Assembly (NCBI GenBank): GCA_964016885.1
Contig: OZ024741.1
Location: 113,150,001 to 113,214,000, forward strand
Length of the DNA stretch: 64,000 nt
Origin: Eledone cirrhosa
Lineage: Eukaryota
Direction of reading: 5' to 3'
A program made the translations under genes and the position numbers. Each line of letters begins with the position of its first letter. Position 1 is the first letter of the stretch. Shown in pieces: positions 15,676-29,264 of this stretch. Under the pieces are notes generated by a model. The model was not told the DNA's origin, did not search any database, and worked only from the letters and a program-made list of their open reading frames with translations.

Positions 15676-16170
15676 CCTCCTTTCGTGGATCGTGGTTGTC
15701 TCCCCTTCCCGCTTAGTGACGCTATAATACTTCCTCAGTCAAAAACTGCTGGAATTTCAAATTTGCCGGTCACTCGATGCGGGAAGGAGCAACTTAACAG
15801 ACACGATTTTTAACTACGGTAAGAAAATTTGTTTTTCTTATATCAAAGTTTAATGGGCTTCCACTGATGATTTATAAACGCCCACCTAAATATATTCTTA
15901 CATGAATGTATATTAGGCTTCTACATGAACTGGAAATATTCTCCGAATTTGTAGAAAACTTATAATGAAATAATTGTTTGGAAAGAGAGATATATTTTAA
16001 CTTTAATTATATCTCATAAAATAATACAACTGGCTTTTCCACATAATACAAACTGTTAGCACCCCAAACACTTAAATTGGGTTTATATTAAAATATAACC
16101 TAATGTTTGTTGAGTGAGATGGTTACCAGTCAGAGATTAGCTTTAAACTATCTCTGTTATTGTATTAATA

Positions 16171-16249
<79 letters not shown>

Positions 16250-16252
<3 letters not shown>

Positions 16253-16630
16253 TCATCATCATTTTACGTCCACTTTTCCCTGCTTGCAAGGGTGGGACGG
16301 GAACTGATTCTGGCTTGATTTCTACAGCTGGATGCCCTTCCTAACACCAATCTCATTTACATTGAGTTCTGGGTGCTTTTTTTCCGTGGCGCATACACTT
16401 CCAATTTACAGTGTGGGCTGGGTGCTTCTTTGGCGTGGCACTTCCACGACCACTTTGCAGTGGGAGGGGATGGGGGCATATTGTCTATATGCTTCAACTT
16501 CGGCTCGTACCCTTGGGGTTGGGTCTTCTGTATTACTGCGTGACGCCAGAGGTCACGGTCATATGTCATCGCCGTTGAGAGGTGTAATTGGGTAAGGTCG
16601 GCTTTTATCACCTCATCCTAGGTCTTCTCA
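16250..16630 (-). mobile_element. 3' end of RTE LINE (related family)
   Basis: [22 protein letters not shown] followed by shared RTE tail and (GAT)n. Confidence 0.75.
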
Positions 16631-17564
16631 TATGTATATATATATGTATATACATATAAATACATGTATATATACATGCTTATACATATATATATGTATC
16701 TACGTATGTATAAATATATGTATATATGTATATATATATGTGTATATACATATGTATATTTATGTATATATATATATATGTATACATATATATATATATA
16801 TGTATATATATGCACAGAGATATCCACGGTAAGTTGTGGGATCTAGTCTGCATGAAGAACTCGATGTAATCCATATGTTGAAAATGTTATAGGTTAAAAT
16901 AAATCCCGGAAAACAATATAACATTAAAAAGAAACAGTCATGAAATAAGTTAAAATAATGAAATAAAAAAAAATGAAATAAAAAATCAAGTCATTAGAAG
17001 TATATTTCTAATGACTTGATTTTTTATTTCATTGTTTTAACTTATATATATATGTATATATATGTGTATATATATGTGTATATATATGTGTATATATATT
17101 TATGTGTATATATATATATATGTATGCATATATATACGTATAGATATATGAATATATGTATATCTATATATGTATATACATATGTATATATACATATGTA
17201 TATACGTATGTATATATATATATATATATACATATGTATATATATATGTATATATATGTATATATATATATATCTGCATATATATATATATATATATATA
17301 TGTTTATAAATACATGTGTATATATATATGTGTATATATATATATATACATGTGTATGTATATACATGTGTATATATATATACATGTGCATATATATATA
17401 TATGTATATATATGTTTGTGTGCATATATATATGTGTATATATATATATGTATATATATGTATTTATATATATATGTGTATATATATAAGTGTATATATT
17501 TGTATATATATGTATATATATATATATGTGTGTATATATATATGTGTATGTATAAATGTGTCAA

Positions 17565-18168
17565 GTCACCAGTTGGTGCTACTGGTAACATGTATCCCAG
17601 TACAACCTGTCTCGTGGTCGGGTCGTTGGCGACTAAACTGGCAACCCCACCAAGGTTTCTGGGTGAGGAGGGTGACTTTGGACATCCTGCTGGACTAAAA
17701 ACAAAACCTGTCAAAGAGCAAAGGAGCTCTTAAGAGTCATTGGCCATCCAAAATCACCGGGAGAGATGACCCCTTAGCCTTTGTTAAGGCAGAATTCTAG
17801 GAGAAGGAAAACTCTGATATAACACCTGCAACCCTGATGGTACCCAATGATGTTGACTTGTTCTTCTTTTTGATAAATATCATCTTGGTTAAGAGAGTGG
17901 GACTGACTTTGTGCAGTGCCTTTGCTCACTATAAAAGCTTCACAGCACAGGCATTGCTTTATATCTGGAGATCTCTCTGCACTTGTCGTCACATGGTACC
18001 ATGGGCCCAGCACTATGTGTCAATAATTGTCACAAGTGTAGTGTTTGTACCAGAGTTTTCAAGTCGCTGGCTGGACTAAGAAGTCACACTCGTTCAGCGC
18101 ATCGGTAGGGGTTCTCCTACATGGATATAAAGTAGTGGCCGTACTCGAAAATGAGTTGGCAGCCACCA
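17565..18168 (+). mobile_element. Non-autonomous, probably RTE-derived element
   Basis: GC-richer unit bounded by microsatellites; 5' part repeated at 1812-2060; no intact ORF. Confidence 0.5.
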
Positions 18169-18280
18169 TGTATATATGTATATATATGTATATGGTGGTG
18201 TGGTTTTTGGTGGCAGTGGGATCGATAGCGTTGTTGTTAGAGTTGGGGTTGGTTTTAGAGACGAAATTGTGTGTATATAT

Positions 18281-18615
18281 CATCATCATCATCGTTTAAC
18301 GTACATTTTCCACGCTAGCATGGGTTAGACGGGAGTTGTGCCACGTGAGGCAAGGTTGGTTGGGTGACCGTGTCTCGCTCATATAGGACTATCTGGCAGG
18401 CTTTCTACGGCTGGATGCCCTTCCAAACACCAACCACATTTACAGTGTGGAACTGGGAACTTTTTACCGTATTACTTACACGGCCACATTACAGCGTGGA
18501 CTGTGAGTTTTTTTTTTTTTTCGTTACACCTACGCGATCTCGATCTCATTATCTCATTTATTTTGACTGGATGTTGTGGTACCAACTATACAGAGAGAGG
18601 GTGGTGTTGGTGGCA
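18281..18615 (-). mobile_element. RTE family A 3' UTR fragment
   Basis: Reverse complement of 4250-4575. Confidence 0.85.
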
Positions 18616-18780
18616 GAAAAGAAAATGTTTTCGTTCTACATGGTTGAATACAATATATCTATATATACACAGATATATATATATATACATATATATATAC
18701 ATCTAAACCCATGCTAGCGTTGAAGATAGATGTTAAACGATGAGGATGATGATGATGATGACATATATATATATATATAC

Positions 18781-18871
<91 letters not shown>

Positions 18872-18872
18872 C

Positions 18873-18927
<55 letters not shown>

Positions 18928-18978
18928 CATATATATATATATACATATATATATAATATATATATACATATATATATA

Positions 18979-19135
<157 letters not shown>

Positions 19136-19246
19136 AATATTAGACAGGAAGAAAAAACAGAGAGACAGCACAAATGGTAGTTTATATATATATATATATA
19201 TACACACACACATATATATGTACATATATATACATATATATATATA

Positions 19247-22200
19247 TCATCATCATGGGTTGGCTTCGCGAACGAAGATTAGGAAGGTTGTCCACGTCGT
19301 CTGCAGGCACGCTCATGACTGACAAGTCCGATGCAGGAAAGGCAGGTCCGTGAGCACTATCCACAGATAAAGGTAACGTCGGTGTGGTGTCAGAGGCGGC
19401 TCGGAGCTTCCTTCTGCGTCTCTTGTCTTTTTGCGCGACTCTTCTGTCTTCCTCAAACTCGCTGACCGCGTTGAAGATCGTGTGGCGCCAGGCATCACGG
19501 TCCGCAGCCAGGTCTGACCAGCATTGGTGGTCAACATGACATGCGGTGAGAGACTTTTTGAGACAGTCTTTGTAGCGTTTCTTCGGGGCTCCTCTCTCTC
19601 GGTGGCCGTGGAGAGTTCGCCAAACAGGGTAATCTTAGGAAGGCGATGGTTCTCCATTCTGAAGACATGCCCTGCCCATCAGAGGTGGTACTTCAGTAGC
19701 ATGGCTTCAATGCTGGGGATCTCGGCCTGCTCCAGAACTTCAACGTTTGTGACGAAGTCACTCCAGCGAATGTTGAGGATGGTGCGGAGACATCGCTGGT
19801 GGAAGCGCTCGAGGAGACGGATGTGACTGCGGTAGGTGACCCAGGTCTCTGAGTCGTAGAGGAGAGTGGTGAGAACCACGGCCCTTTATACACTGATCCT
19901 TGTCTTGTTCTTCAGGTTTTTGTTGTGCCAAACACGTTTGTACAATCTGCCAAAGGAGCTATTTGCCTTAGAGAGTCTGTTGTCAATTTCTTTGTCGATC
20001 CTTGCATCGGATGAGATGATTGAGCCCAGGTATGTGAACTGCTGTGTTGGTTTCAGTTCGGTATCGCAGATAGTGATGTAGGGTGAGCGGTATTCTTCTT
20101 GGGGGGGGGGGCTGGTGAAGAACCTCCGTCCTCTTGAGGCTAACCTCCAGGCCAAATAGCCGTGAGGCGTCCGCAAAGCAGGACGTGATGCGCTGCAGAG
20201 CTCGCTCTGTGTGGGCGACGAGGGCAGCGTCGTCCGCGAAGAGAAGGTCTCGGATCAGCCTCTCCTGGGTCTTGGTATTGGCTTGGAGGCGCCGTAGATT
20301 GAAGAGGCTGCCATCCATACAGTACCTGTCATACACTCTATCCCCATCATCCAGATCCTCAGTTGCATGCTTGAGCATCATGCTGAAGAAGATGCTGAAG
20401 AGAGTCAGTGCCAGGACACAACCCTGCTTCACGCCGTTGGAGATGGGGAAGGGCTCCGACAGGTCACCGTTGAGTCTGATCTGGCCGCGCTGGTTCTCGT
20501 GCAGCTGCATCACCATCTGTAGAAACTTGGTGGGACAGCCAAGTCGTTCCAGGATGAGCCATAGTCCTGTCCTGCTCACTGTGTCAAATGCTTTTGTGAG
20601 GTCGACAAAAGCAGCATAGAGTCCCTTGTTTTGTTCTCGGCACTTCTCCTGGAGTTGGCGGAGGACGAACACTATGTCCGTCGTGCCTCTGAAGCCACAC
20701 TGGCTCTCGGGGAGGTTTTCTTCAGCGATGGTTGGTACGAGCCTGTTGAGCAGGATCCTGGCAAGTACTTTTCACCTTTGTTCTTGTACAGGGTTATGAT
20801 GACGGCGTCGCGAAGATCCTGTGGCAGCTTACCCTGCTCCCAACAGCAGGCAAGAAAATCGTGTAGTTTGTCGTGGAGCGTCGGACCTCCATTCTTCCAG
20901 ATTTCTGGTGCGATGCTGTCAACTCCTGCTGCTTTGCGACTCTTGAGTTGTTCTATGGCTTCAGTCGTCTCTTCGAGGGTAGGTGGTTCGTCAAGTTCCT
21001 CTTTGAGTGGAAGTTGAGGAACGCGATGGATGGCAGCGTCTTGTACGGAGCGGTCAGCACTGAAGAGGCTTTGGAAGTGCTCGGACCAGCAAGCGAGGAT
21101 GAAGGTGTTATCGGTAAGGAGGTCCTCTCCATCTGAACTGTGAAGGGGACTCTGGACCTGGTGGGTGGGGCCATACACTGCTTTCAGAGCCTCACAGAAG
21201 CCCCTATAGTCTCCGAGGTCAGCGCACAGCTGGGTTCTCCACGCCAGGTGGTCCCACCACTCGTTCTGTATTTCTCTGAGTTTGCGCTGTAGGGTGCTGC
21301 ATGCGCGTCGAAACGTATCTTTCTTTACAGGAAAGGTTAGTTGTGCAAGGTGGGCCTGATGAGCTGCCCTCTTTTTGCTAGTAAGTCCTGGATCTCCTTG
21401 TCATTTTTATCAAACCAGTCCTTGTTTTTCTTTTTTGTGTGCCCAAGAACTTCCTCAGATGTCTTAAGGATGGCTGATTTCAGGTTCTCCCACAAGGTGT
21501 CTAGGGTGGGGTCATCAGTGCAAGGGGATTCGTCTAGTTTTTGTTGCAGGTCTGCTTGGAACTTGGCTTTCACTTCCTCCCAGCACAGGCTGCCGACGTT
21601 GAGTTTCTTTACGGGGTTACCTTTCTTCTTGGCTTTGGGTTTGAACTGCAGTTTGAGCTTGCAGCGGACGAGGCGATGGTCAGTGTGGCACTCTGAACTG
21701 GGCATCACTCTCGTGTGTAGAACATCTTTCAGGTCCCGTTGGCGCACAAACACATAGTCAAGTAGATGCCAATGTTTGGACCGAGGATGCATCCAAGTTG
21801 TTTTCAGGCGGTCTTTCTGTTGGAAGGTTGTGTTGGTAATGGCAAGTTGGTGCTCTGTGCAGAACTCGATCAGGAGGCACCCGTTGTCATTACAGCCACC
21901 AACGCCGTGTCTTCGAAGGACTCCTTTCCAGGCCTCAGAGTCCCTCCCAACTCTTGCGTTGAAGTCGCCAAGGATCAGGACCTTGTCGTCTGCAGAGGTA
22001 TTGTTCAAGAGTCTGCGCAGATCAGAATAGAAACTGTCTTTGTCCGCAGGATCTGCCAGTAGCGTTGGAGCATAGACACTGAAGAGCGTGAGATGTTGTT
22101 TGCTCTCCAGTGGTAGGCGTATGGATATGATGCGGTCTAAGTGGCCCGTGGGTAACGTTTCAGATTGGAGGCGTTGGAATTCCTCACCATGAGTCCTACA

Positions 22201-23395
22201 CCCGACAGACGTCTTCCAGATGATGGTTTCCCGGACCAGAAAAGGGTGTAGCCAGCGCCGCGTTCTTTGAGGCTGCCCTCGTCAGCGAAGCGGACCTCGC
22301 TGAGAGCTGCTATGTCGATGTTGAGGCGGGAGAGTTCATGGGCTATGAGAGACGAACGACGTTCCGGGCGGCTGCTGTCAGCCTTGTCAAGCATAGTCCT
22401 GACATTCCAGCAGGCAACTTTTCTTTAGTTTTGTTTCCATGTTTGTTCGACCGCTATGAAGATGCCCGTTGACCGCGGCTAGCCAACTGGGTATAGAGGA
22501 GACGAGCTTTGTTTAGGCGAACCTTTTCTACCGCCCCTCTCCATGTGGAGCAGGCAGTGCTCACCCTAGATAGGGCTGCCTGGTCGCTCAGGATGCTGCC
22601 GAGTGGTGTCGTCGCCTCTGGGTCGACAACCAGGCGACGAAAGTCCTGAGCCGCCTACATGTAGAATCGAGACAACGGCTTCCAGTGACATCTTCCACCT
22701 GTTGCTTTCGCCCCTTTCCCATCACTGCAGGGCTTTTGGAATGGTTGGTCATAGAACGTGGAAGTGTCCTTCGGCCTGCGCTGAGGAGTTTTAAGGTGAA
22801 GTGCAGTGCGCGCAAACTGTCCCCACCCTTTAAGCACGAGGTTCATCTGCCATGGCCTAGCGAGCTGGGACGGTGACAGCGAGGTCCTCGGGCCGTAGGT
22901 TTGATGTCGGAGTTTCCCTCTCCAGAAGGCGTAATACTACCCGGTTGCCTAGGCTGAAGTAGAGGTTTACTTAGGGGACCCCACCCGGAGCCTTTGACTA
23001 AAAAGTCTGTCTACAAGGCAGCGGAACGAGATCAGGGAGTCGCACCCATTGGGAGACGATGACCAGTAGACCAGTTCATACGCCTTTTCTTGGTCGTTAA
23101 CCAAACCGGGATCCCAATGCTCCCGAAGTTCCATTCGAGCCGTTGACCAAATGGTTCTTCCGCCTCTTCTGGAATATAATGCCTCGAGTGAGACAGGGGG
23201 GGAGGGCAGTGACCCTATTTAGTGGCGGGTCATGCTCGCCACGTCACAGTGCTATTGCGGACATCTGTGGCTTTTTATAGGGAGAACGCTTGCCAGGTGT
23301 AAACCCACCACGTCCAGAGGCACTGCTGCCAAACTTTTTGCTGGTCTAGGAGTAATCTTAGACCACCCAGCTGGCACCACGGGGAGGTAGTTCGG
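19247..23395 (-). mobile_element. Near full-length RTE-BovB-like LINE (5' UTR, APE, RT, (GAT)n tail), disrupted
   Basis: NIDIAALSEVR, LGDFNARVG, WHLLDY, TDHRLV, FVDLTKAFDTV, GVKQGCVLA, LFADD, FTYLGS; frameshifts and a deletion after LYKNKGEK; GC far above flanks. Confidence 0.93.
23329..23395 (-). ncRNA. HDV-like ribozyme fold at RTE 5' end, lacking the 5' strand of P1
   Basis: P2 CCGAACT/AGTTTGG; P3 ACC/GGT; L3 TCCCCGT; P1 3' strand GCCAGCT; P1.1 GG; P4 GGTCTA/TAGACC; J4/2 AGCAAAA. Confidence 0.75.
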
Positions 23396-23407
23396 TATAT
23401 ATTTATG

Positions 23408-23462
<55 letters not shown>

Positions 23463-23468
<6 letters not shown>

Positions 23469-26202
23469 ATACTTGGGGAGAGTCATTTTTGTGTAATATT
23501 GCCAGAATTAATAACAGCACACACTCACTGTTTGGTTGGTTTTCGCTTTTCGCTTCTGTGTCTTTTATATCGGTAATCTAATTTATTCGGTCCTCAATGT
23601 TGCCATTGACTGACCAACGGTCAAAAATAATACAGATACAATATAGACACAAACACATATATATAGTTTATCAAAGTTCTTTCGTTGCACATCTGCAACA
23701 TCGTCAGTGGTGCTATTGTTTCCTCCCGTTACATTGTAAATCTACGCTATCTTTATTTATTTATTTGTTTGTTTATTTTATTTTGTCTTCTTTGCGCATG
23801 CATTTGCGTGTGTGTATAGTGTTTTGTTTGATGTGTGTTCGTGATTGGGTGACTGTGTATTGGTTAATGTATTCTATCTTTACTAGTGTGTGTTTATATG
23901 TGTTTGTTGTTATTGTGCTTGTGTATGTATTTATTTATTTATTTATCTATTTATTTATTTATTTATTTATTTATACTTTTCTTAGGTCAGTGTTGTTTGT
24001 TTGGGTGTTGTTGTTATTCCATTCATTCTTTCTGTTTCTAAGTTCTATTTCTCTGGCCTCTCTGATTTGCCCATCTGCTGAGTCATTTTTATGTTTAGAT
24101 ATTATTCTAATTTCTATGTCGTCTATGTTACCGTCGTGTTGTTGTCTGGCATGTTCGTATACTACTGAACCGTTTTTTCGTCCTTTTAGTTCCCCCCAGT
24201 GTTGGTCTATCCATTCACCTATGCGACGAGCTGTCTCGCCTATGTATGTTGTTGTCATGTTTCTGCAAGTACCCTCTGTACATCTTATGCTATAGACTAC
24301 GTTTCTACTTTTACAGTTTATCCGGGGGTTTACTTTACATATGATACATTTCCTATTAGTACAGTGGGTTTTCTTAAAAGTGTAGGTTTTGCTGATCAGG
24401 GATTTTATGGTTGTTCCTGGCTTTTCTACCACCTTAATCTTTAAGTGGGTCTTTCTCAGAGCCTTTCTACACTGGTTAGCTAATTTCCCTCCAGGGGTAG
24501 CGTCCACAAACATGACACTCTGGTATCTCTGGTTGTCGTACCACGAGGTGGCTTTCCCTATCTTATGTCTAGCCCTATCTAAGCTATTCCATGATTTGCT
24601 CCTGTATAATGGGCAAATTCCTTTCATGTCCAGTTCTATGAGGGTCTTATACTTCTCCATGGCTCCTTCGTATACACTGACTCTGTCTCTTTGGTTGTAG
24701 CCAGAGAACTGCATGCGGTTGATGAAGTGTTGGATGTCTCTTTCCACTTTTGTTGGATCGCACATGCGGGACACATTCTTCATCACTCGTACCAAATCTG
24801 CGATCAGAATATTAAACTTAGCACTACTGGACATTGCTGAGTTTTTGAGTATCAGGTATTTGGAGGCCATGGGTTTAGCATAGTGTGAGTGGAGAATTTG
24901 GACTCTCTCGTCTATAGTGTTAATCCAGAGTTCCGTGTCTAATACAGGTAGTCTATTGTTAGGGTGTTTGGAAGGGTAGTCGATACTAACGGTTATACTC
25001 TGGTGTATGGAATTAGCTATCTGCTGGATGCTTTCCATTGTGCTACGTTCTAAATCAAACTTGTTAGTGCTCTCTAGTGGGGATGTTCTTATAACTATAT
25101 TGATATCGTCTACGTAACGAGAGTACATGATGAGGTCTATGGAGCTCTCATTAAGGAGATCTTTAAGTCTCCTTTCCCCCATACCATAAAAAGGTTGGCA
25201 ACATCACCAGCTATGCTGACGCCAATGGCTGCGCCCTCATTTTGGGTGTAGATCTTCTCGTTGAACTTGAATATGTGGCCCTTTAGCGTAGTTTTGATAC
25301 TAGCCCCTATTGCATGTGCGACCATTTTTCTTACCTGATCATTGTTTGGTGGGGTCCGTATAGCTTTGGTCCACCCAATCCACCTTCCCATGGGAGTCTT
25401 TTTTGCCATTGAGGTTATGGTGGGGGGTCTAACTCTTATGGGTCTACTGGGGCAGAAACGTCTAAGGTCATGGCTGTCTAGGTAGTCAGTGTCGTAGGTA
25501 AGTCTAAGTAGGAAGCCCAGTTCGTCTGCGTCGACGTCGCAGAATTCCACCTCACTCTCAATGATCATCTCCACACATTTTTCCACAGCAAAATCAATGT
25601 TAATGGATGGGTACAGTGATACCACATCCATGCTGCCTATTATGCTGTTGGATAGGTTCCTGTTTTTGTTGCACTCACTGATTCTGCTGAGGAGGTCCTC
25701 TGTACTGTCACATACATCTGGGGACATCTTAATTATGGGGCGTATAACCATTGAGAGGAAGTAGGAGATCCTGTAGTTGCTAGCTATATTAGCTCCGCAT
25801 AACGGTTTTGTTGGTGGTCCTGTTGTCGGGTCGTCGACTGTCTTGTGGTCTATGCGGAGCCCATACAAGGGTGGTATGCCATTGTTAGACGCCTGCAAGT
25901 TGTTGGCAGTGCGTCTGCTTGGCTTTAGGATGTCAGTCCACATCATCATGTGAGCGTTGAGGATTTTCTCTCTCCCATCATGCGTTTGCTGTGCAATTTC
26001 GCTCGTGTTGGTGATGTGGGGTTGCATAGCCTTGATGGAGTTCGACATGCTATCTATTGACATCCTACCAGACTTATCCGTGGGTAGACATACTACCTCA
26101 CCATACCTTGTGCGCTGCTTGAGGCTAACCAAGCCTTCTACAGGTTTCCTTCCAAGTTTTTGGGCCTCTGGTCTGCTCTGTCTCTTTGTATACCGGTCTA
26201 CT
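23463..26202 (-). mobile_element. Penelope-like retroelement (family P1): RT + GIY-YIG, frameshifted, 5'-truncated
   Basis: TDKSG, SMDVVSLYPSI, QNEGAAIG, RYVDD, LPVLD (RT); NVVYSIRC...TYIGETAR (GIY-YIG); pseudo-LTR 23463-23970. Confidence 0.9.
23670..23711 (-). ncRNA. Hammerhead ribozyme-like motif (P1 pseudo-LTR)
   Basis: ACCA-CTGACGA-T-GTTGCA(GATG)TGCAAC-GAAA-GAAC-TT-TGAT; stem I has a mismatch. Confidence 0.55.
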
Positions 26203-27735
26203 ACTCAGCAATGTCCAGTAGTGCTAAGTTTAATATTCTGATCGCATATTGGGTAGGAGTGATGAAGAATGTGTCCCGCATGTGCGACCCAACAAAAGTG
26301 GAAAGAGACATCCAACACTTCATCAACCTCATGCAGTTCTCTGGCTACAACCAAAGAGACAGAGTCAGAGTATACGAAGGAGCCATGGAGAAGTATAAGA
26401 CCCTCATAGAACTGGACATGAAAGGAATTTGCCCATTATACAGGAGCAAATCATGGAATAGCTTAGATAGGGCTAGACATAAGATAGGGAAAGCCACCCC
26501 GTGGTACGACAACCAGAGATACCAGAGTGTCATGTTTGTGGACGCTTCCCCTGGAGGGAAATTAGCTAACCAGTGTAGAAAGGCCCTGAGAAAGACCCAC
26601 TTAAAGATTAAGGTGGTAGAAAAGCCAGGAACAACCATAAAATCCCTGATCAGCAAAACCTACACTTTTAAGAAAACCCACTGTACTAAAAGGAAATGTA
26701 TCATATGTAAAGTAAACCCCCGGATAAACTGTAAAAGTAGAAACGTAGTCTATAGCATAAGATATACAGAGGGTACTTGCAGAAACATGACAACAACATA
26801 CATAGGTGAGACAGCTCATAGCATAGGCGAAAGGATAGACCAACACTGGGGGGAACTAAAAGGACGAAAAAACGGTTCAGTACTATACGAACATGCCAGA
26901 CAACAACACGACGGTAACATAGACAACATAGAAATGAGAATAATATCTAAACATAGAAATGACCCAGCAGAGAGGCAAATCAGAGAGGCCAGAGAAATAG
27001 AACTTAGAAGGCCAAGACTAAACAGAAAGAATGAATGGAATGACAACAACACCTAAACAAACAACACTGACCTAAGAGAAGTATAAATAAATAAATAAAT
27101 ATTGTTATATTTGGGGAGGGTCATATTTGCGTAATATTGCCAGAATTAATAACACACTCACAAATAGATAAATAAATAAATAAATACATACACAAGCACA
27201 ATAACAACAAACACATATAAACACACACTAGTAAAGATAGAATACATTAACCAATACACAGGCACCCAATCACGAACACACATGAAACAAAACACTATAC
27301 ACACACGCAAACGCATGCGCAAAGAAGACAAAATAAAATAAACAAACAAACAAATAAATAAATAAATATATAAACAGAATAAATAAAATGGCGTAGACAT
27401 ACAATGTAACGGGAGGAAACAATAGCACCACTGACGATGTTGCAGATGTGCAACGAAAGAACTTTGATAAACTATATATATGTGTTTGTGTCTATATTGT
27501 ATCTGTATTATTTTTGACCGTTGGTCAGTCAATGGCAACATTGAGGACCGAATAAATTAGATTACCGATATAAAAGACACAGAAGCGAAAAGCGAAAACC
27601 AACCAAACAGTGAGTGTGTTCTGTTATTAATTCTGGCAATATTACACAAATATGACCCTCCCCAAGTATAACAATATTTGTTTCGACACACGATTTCATA
27701 TAAAAAACCTCGCAAAACTAATTCATCGCCGTTAT
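26203..27735 (+). mobile_element. Inverted partial copy of Penelope P1 (thumb/GIY-YIG, inverted tip 27101-27160, pseudo-LTR, 3' extension)
   Basis: Reverse complement of 23463-24842 with scattered substitutions. Confidence 0.9.
27427..27468 (+). ncRNA. Hammerhead ribozyme-like motif (P1 pseudo-LTR)
   Basis: Same motif as 23670-23711. Confidence 0.55.
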
Positions 27736-27769
27736 ATATATATAACGGCGATGAATTAGTTTTGCGAGG

Positions 27770-27917
27770 AGTTACGCAAAGAGTTACGGCCCTTGCCATT
27801 CTGAGTTCAAATCTCGCCGAGGTTAACTTTGCCTTTCATCCTTACGGGGTTGATAAAATAAAGTACCAGTAATGTACTGGATAATTGCTGGCCTTGTGCC
27901 AAAAGTAGAAACAGTTA
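27770..27917 (+). mobile_element. 5'-truncated SINE (S1)
   Basis: B-box, central domain and tail as in 45315-45505. Confidence 0.8.
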
Positions 27918-27940
27918 TATATATATATATATATATATTT

Positions 27941-28211
27941 ATACATAAATGTAATCTGAGTTTTTCGAATATTAATAACATTCGAGTCGGTTGCAATTAT
28001 ACAAACAAGCCTCAATTTTATAGCCATGTCGGTAGAATGAACCCTTCATTCTTGCTCGTGTGTTGTCAGTTCTGTTCACATGCCAACACAAGAGCAAGAA
28101 TGAAGGGTTCATTCTACTGACATGGCTATAAAATTGAGGCTTGTTTGCATAATTGCAACCGAATCGAATGTTATTATTAATATTCGAAAATCTCAGATTA
28201 CATTTATGTAT
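27941..28211. repeat. Fold-back element with about 120-bp arms; partial second copy at 33337-33511
   Basis: ATACATAAATGTAATCTGAG...TTCTTGCTC / GAGCAAGAA...CTCAGATTACATTTATGTAT. Confidence 0.85.
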
Positions 28212-28234
28212 ATATATATATATATGTATATAAG

Positions 28235-28270
<36 letters not shown>

Positions 28271-28323
28271 TACATATAGTGACGAAACATAAGTCAATTG
28301 CATGAACTCATAATCCTTTATTT

Positions 28324-28379
28324 ACTGCTATATATATTTCGATGATAGCCATTGAATGGCTATGACCTCATCAGGCAGT
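28324..28379 (-). ncRNA. Minimal type I hammerhead ribozyme
   Basis: ACTGC-CTGATGA-GGTCATAGCCATT(C)AATGGCTATCATC-GAAA-TATATA-TA-GCAGT: intact core, long stem II, palindromic loop III. Confidence 0.85.
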
Positions 28380-28455
28380 TAGTCAGTTCTTAGATATGCC
28401 AGCTCTGTGTTTATGGTGTTGATGGTATCAGAGCCTTGGGACATATATATATAAA

Positions 28456-29264
<809 letters not shown>

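Noticed and set aside
16846-16895. Possible hammerhead (CATGAAGA...GAAA ATGT TA)
   Set aside because: Core disrupted and stems I and II weak; at best a decayed copy
23597-24295. 232-aa hydrophobic ORF (and 27158-27541, 63503-63976)
   Set aside because: Antisense to PLE 3' regions; T-rich low complexity explains the hydrophobicity
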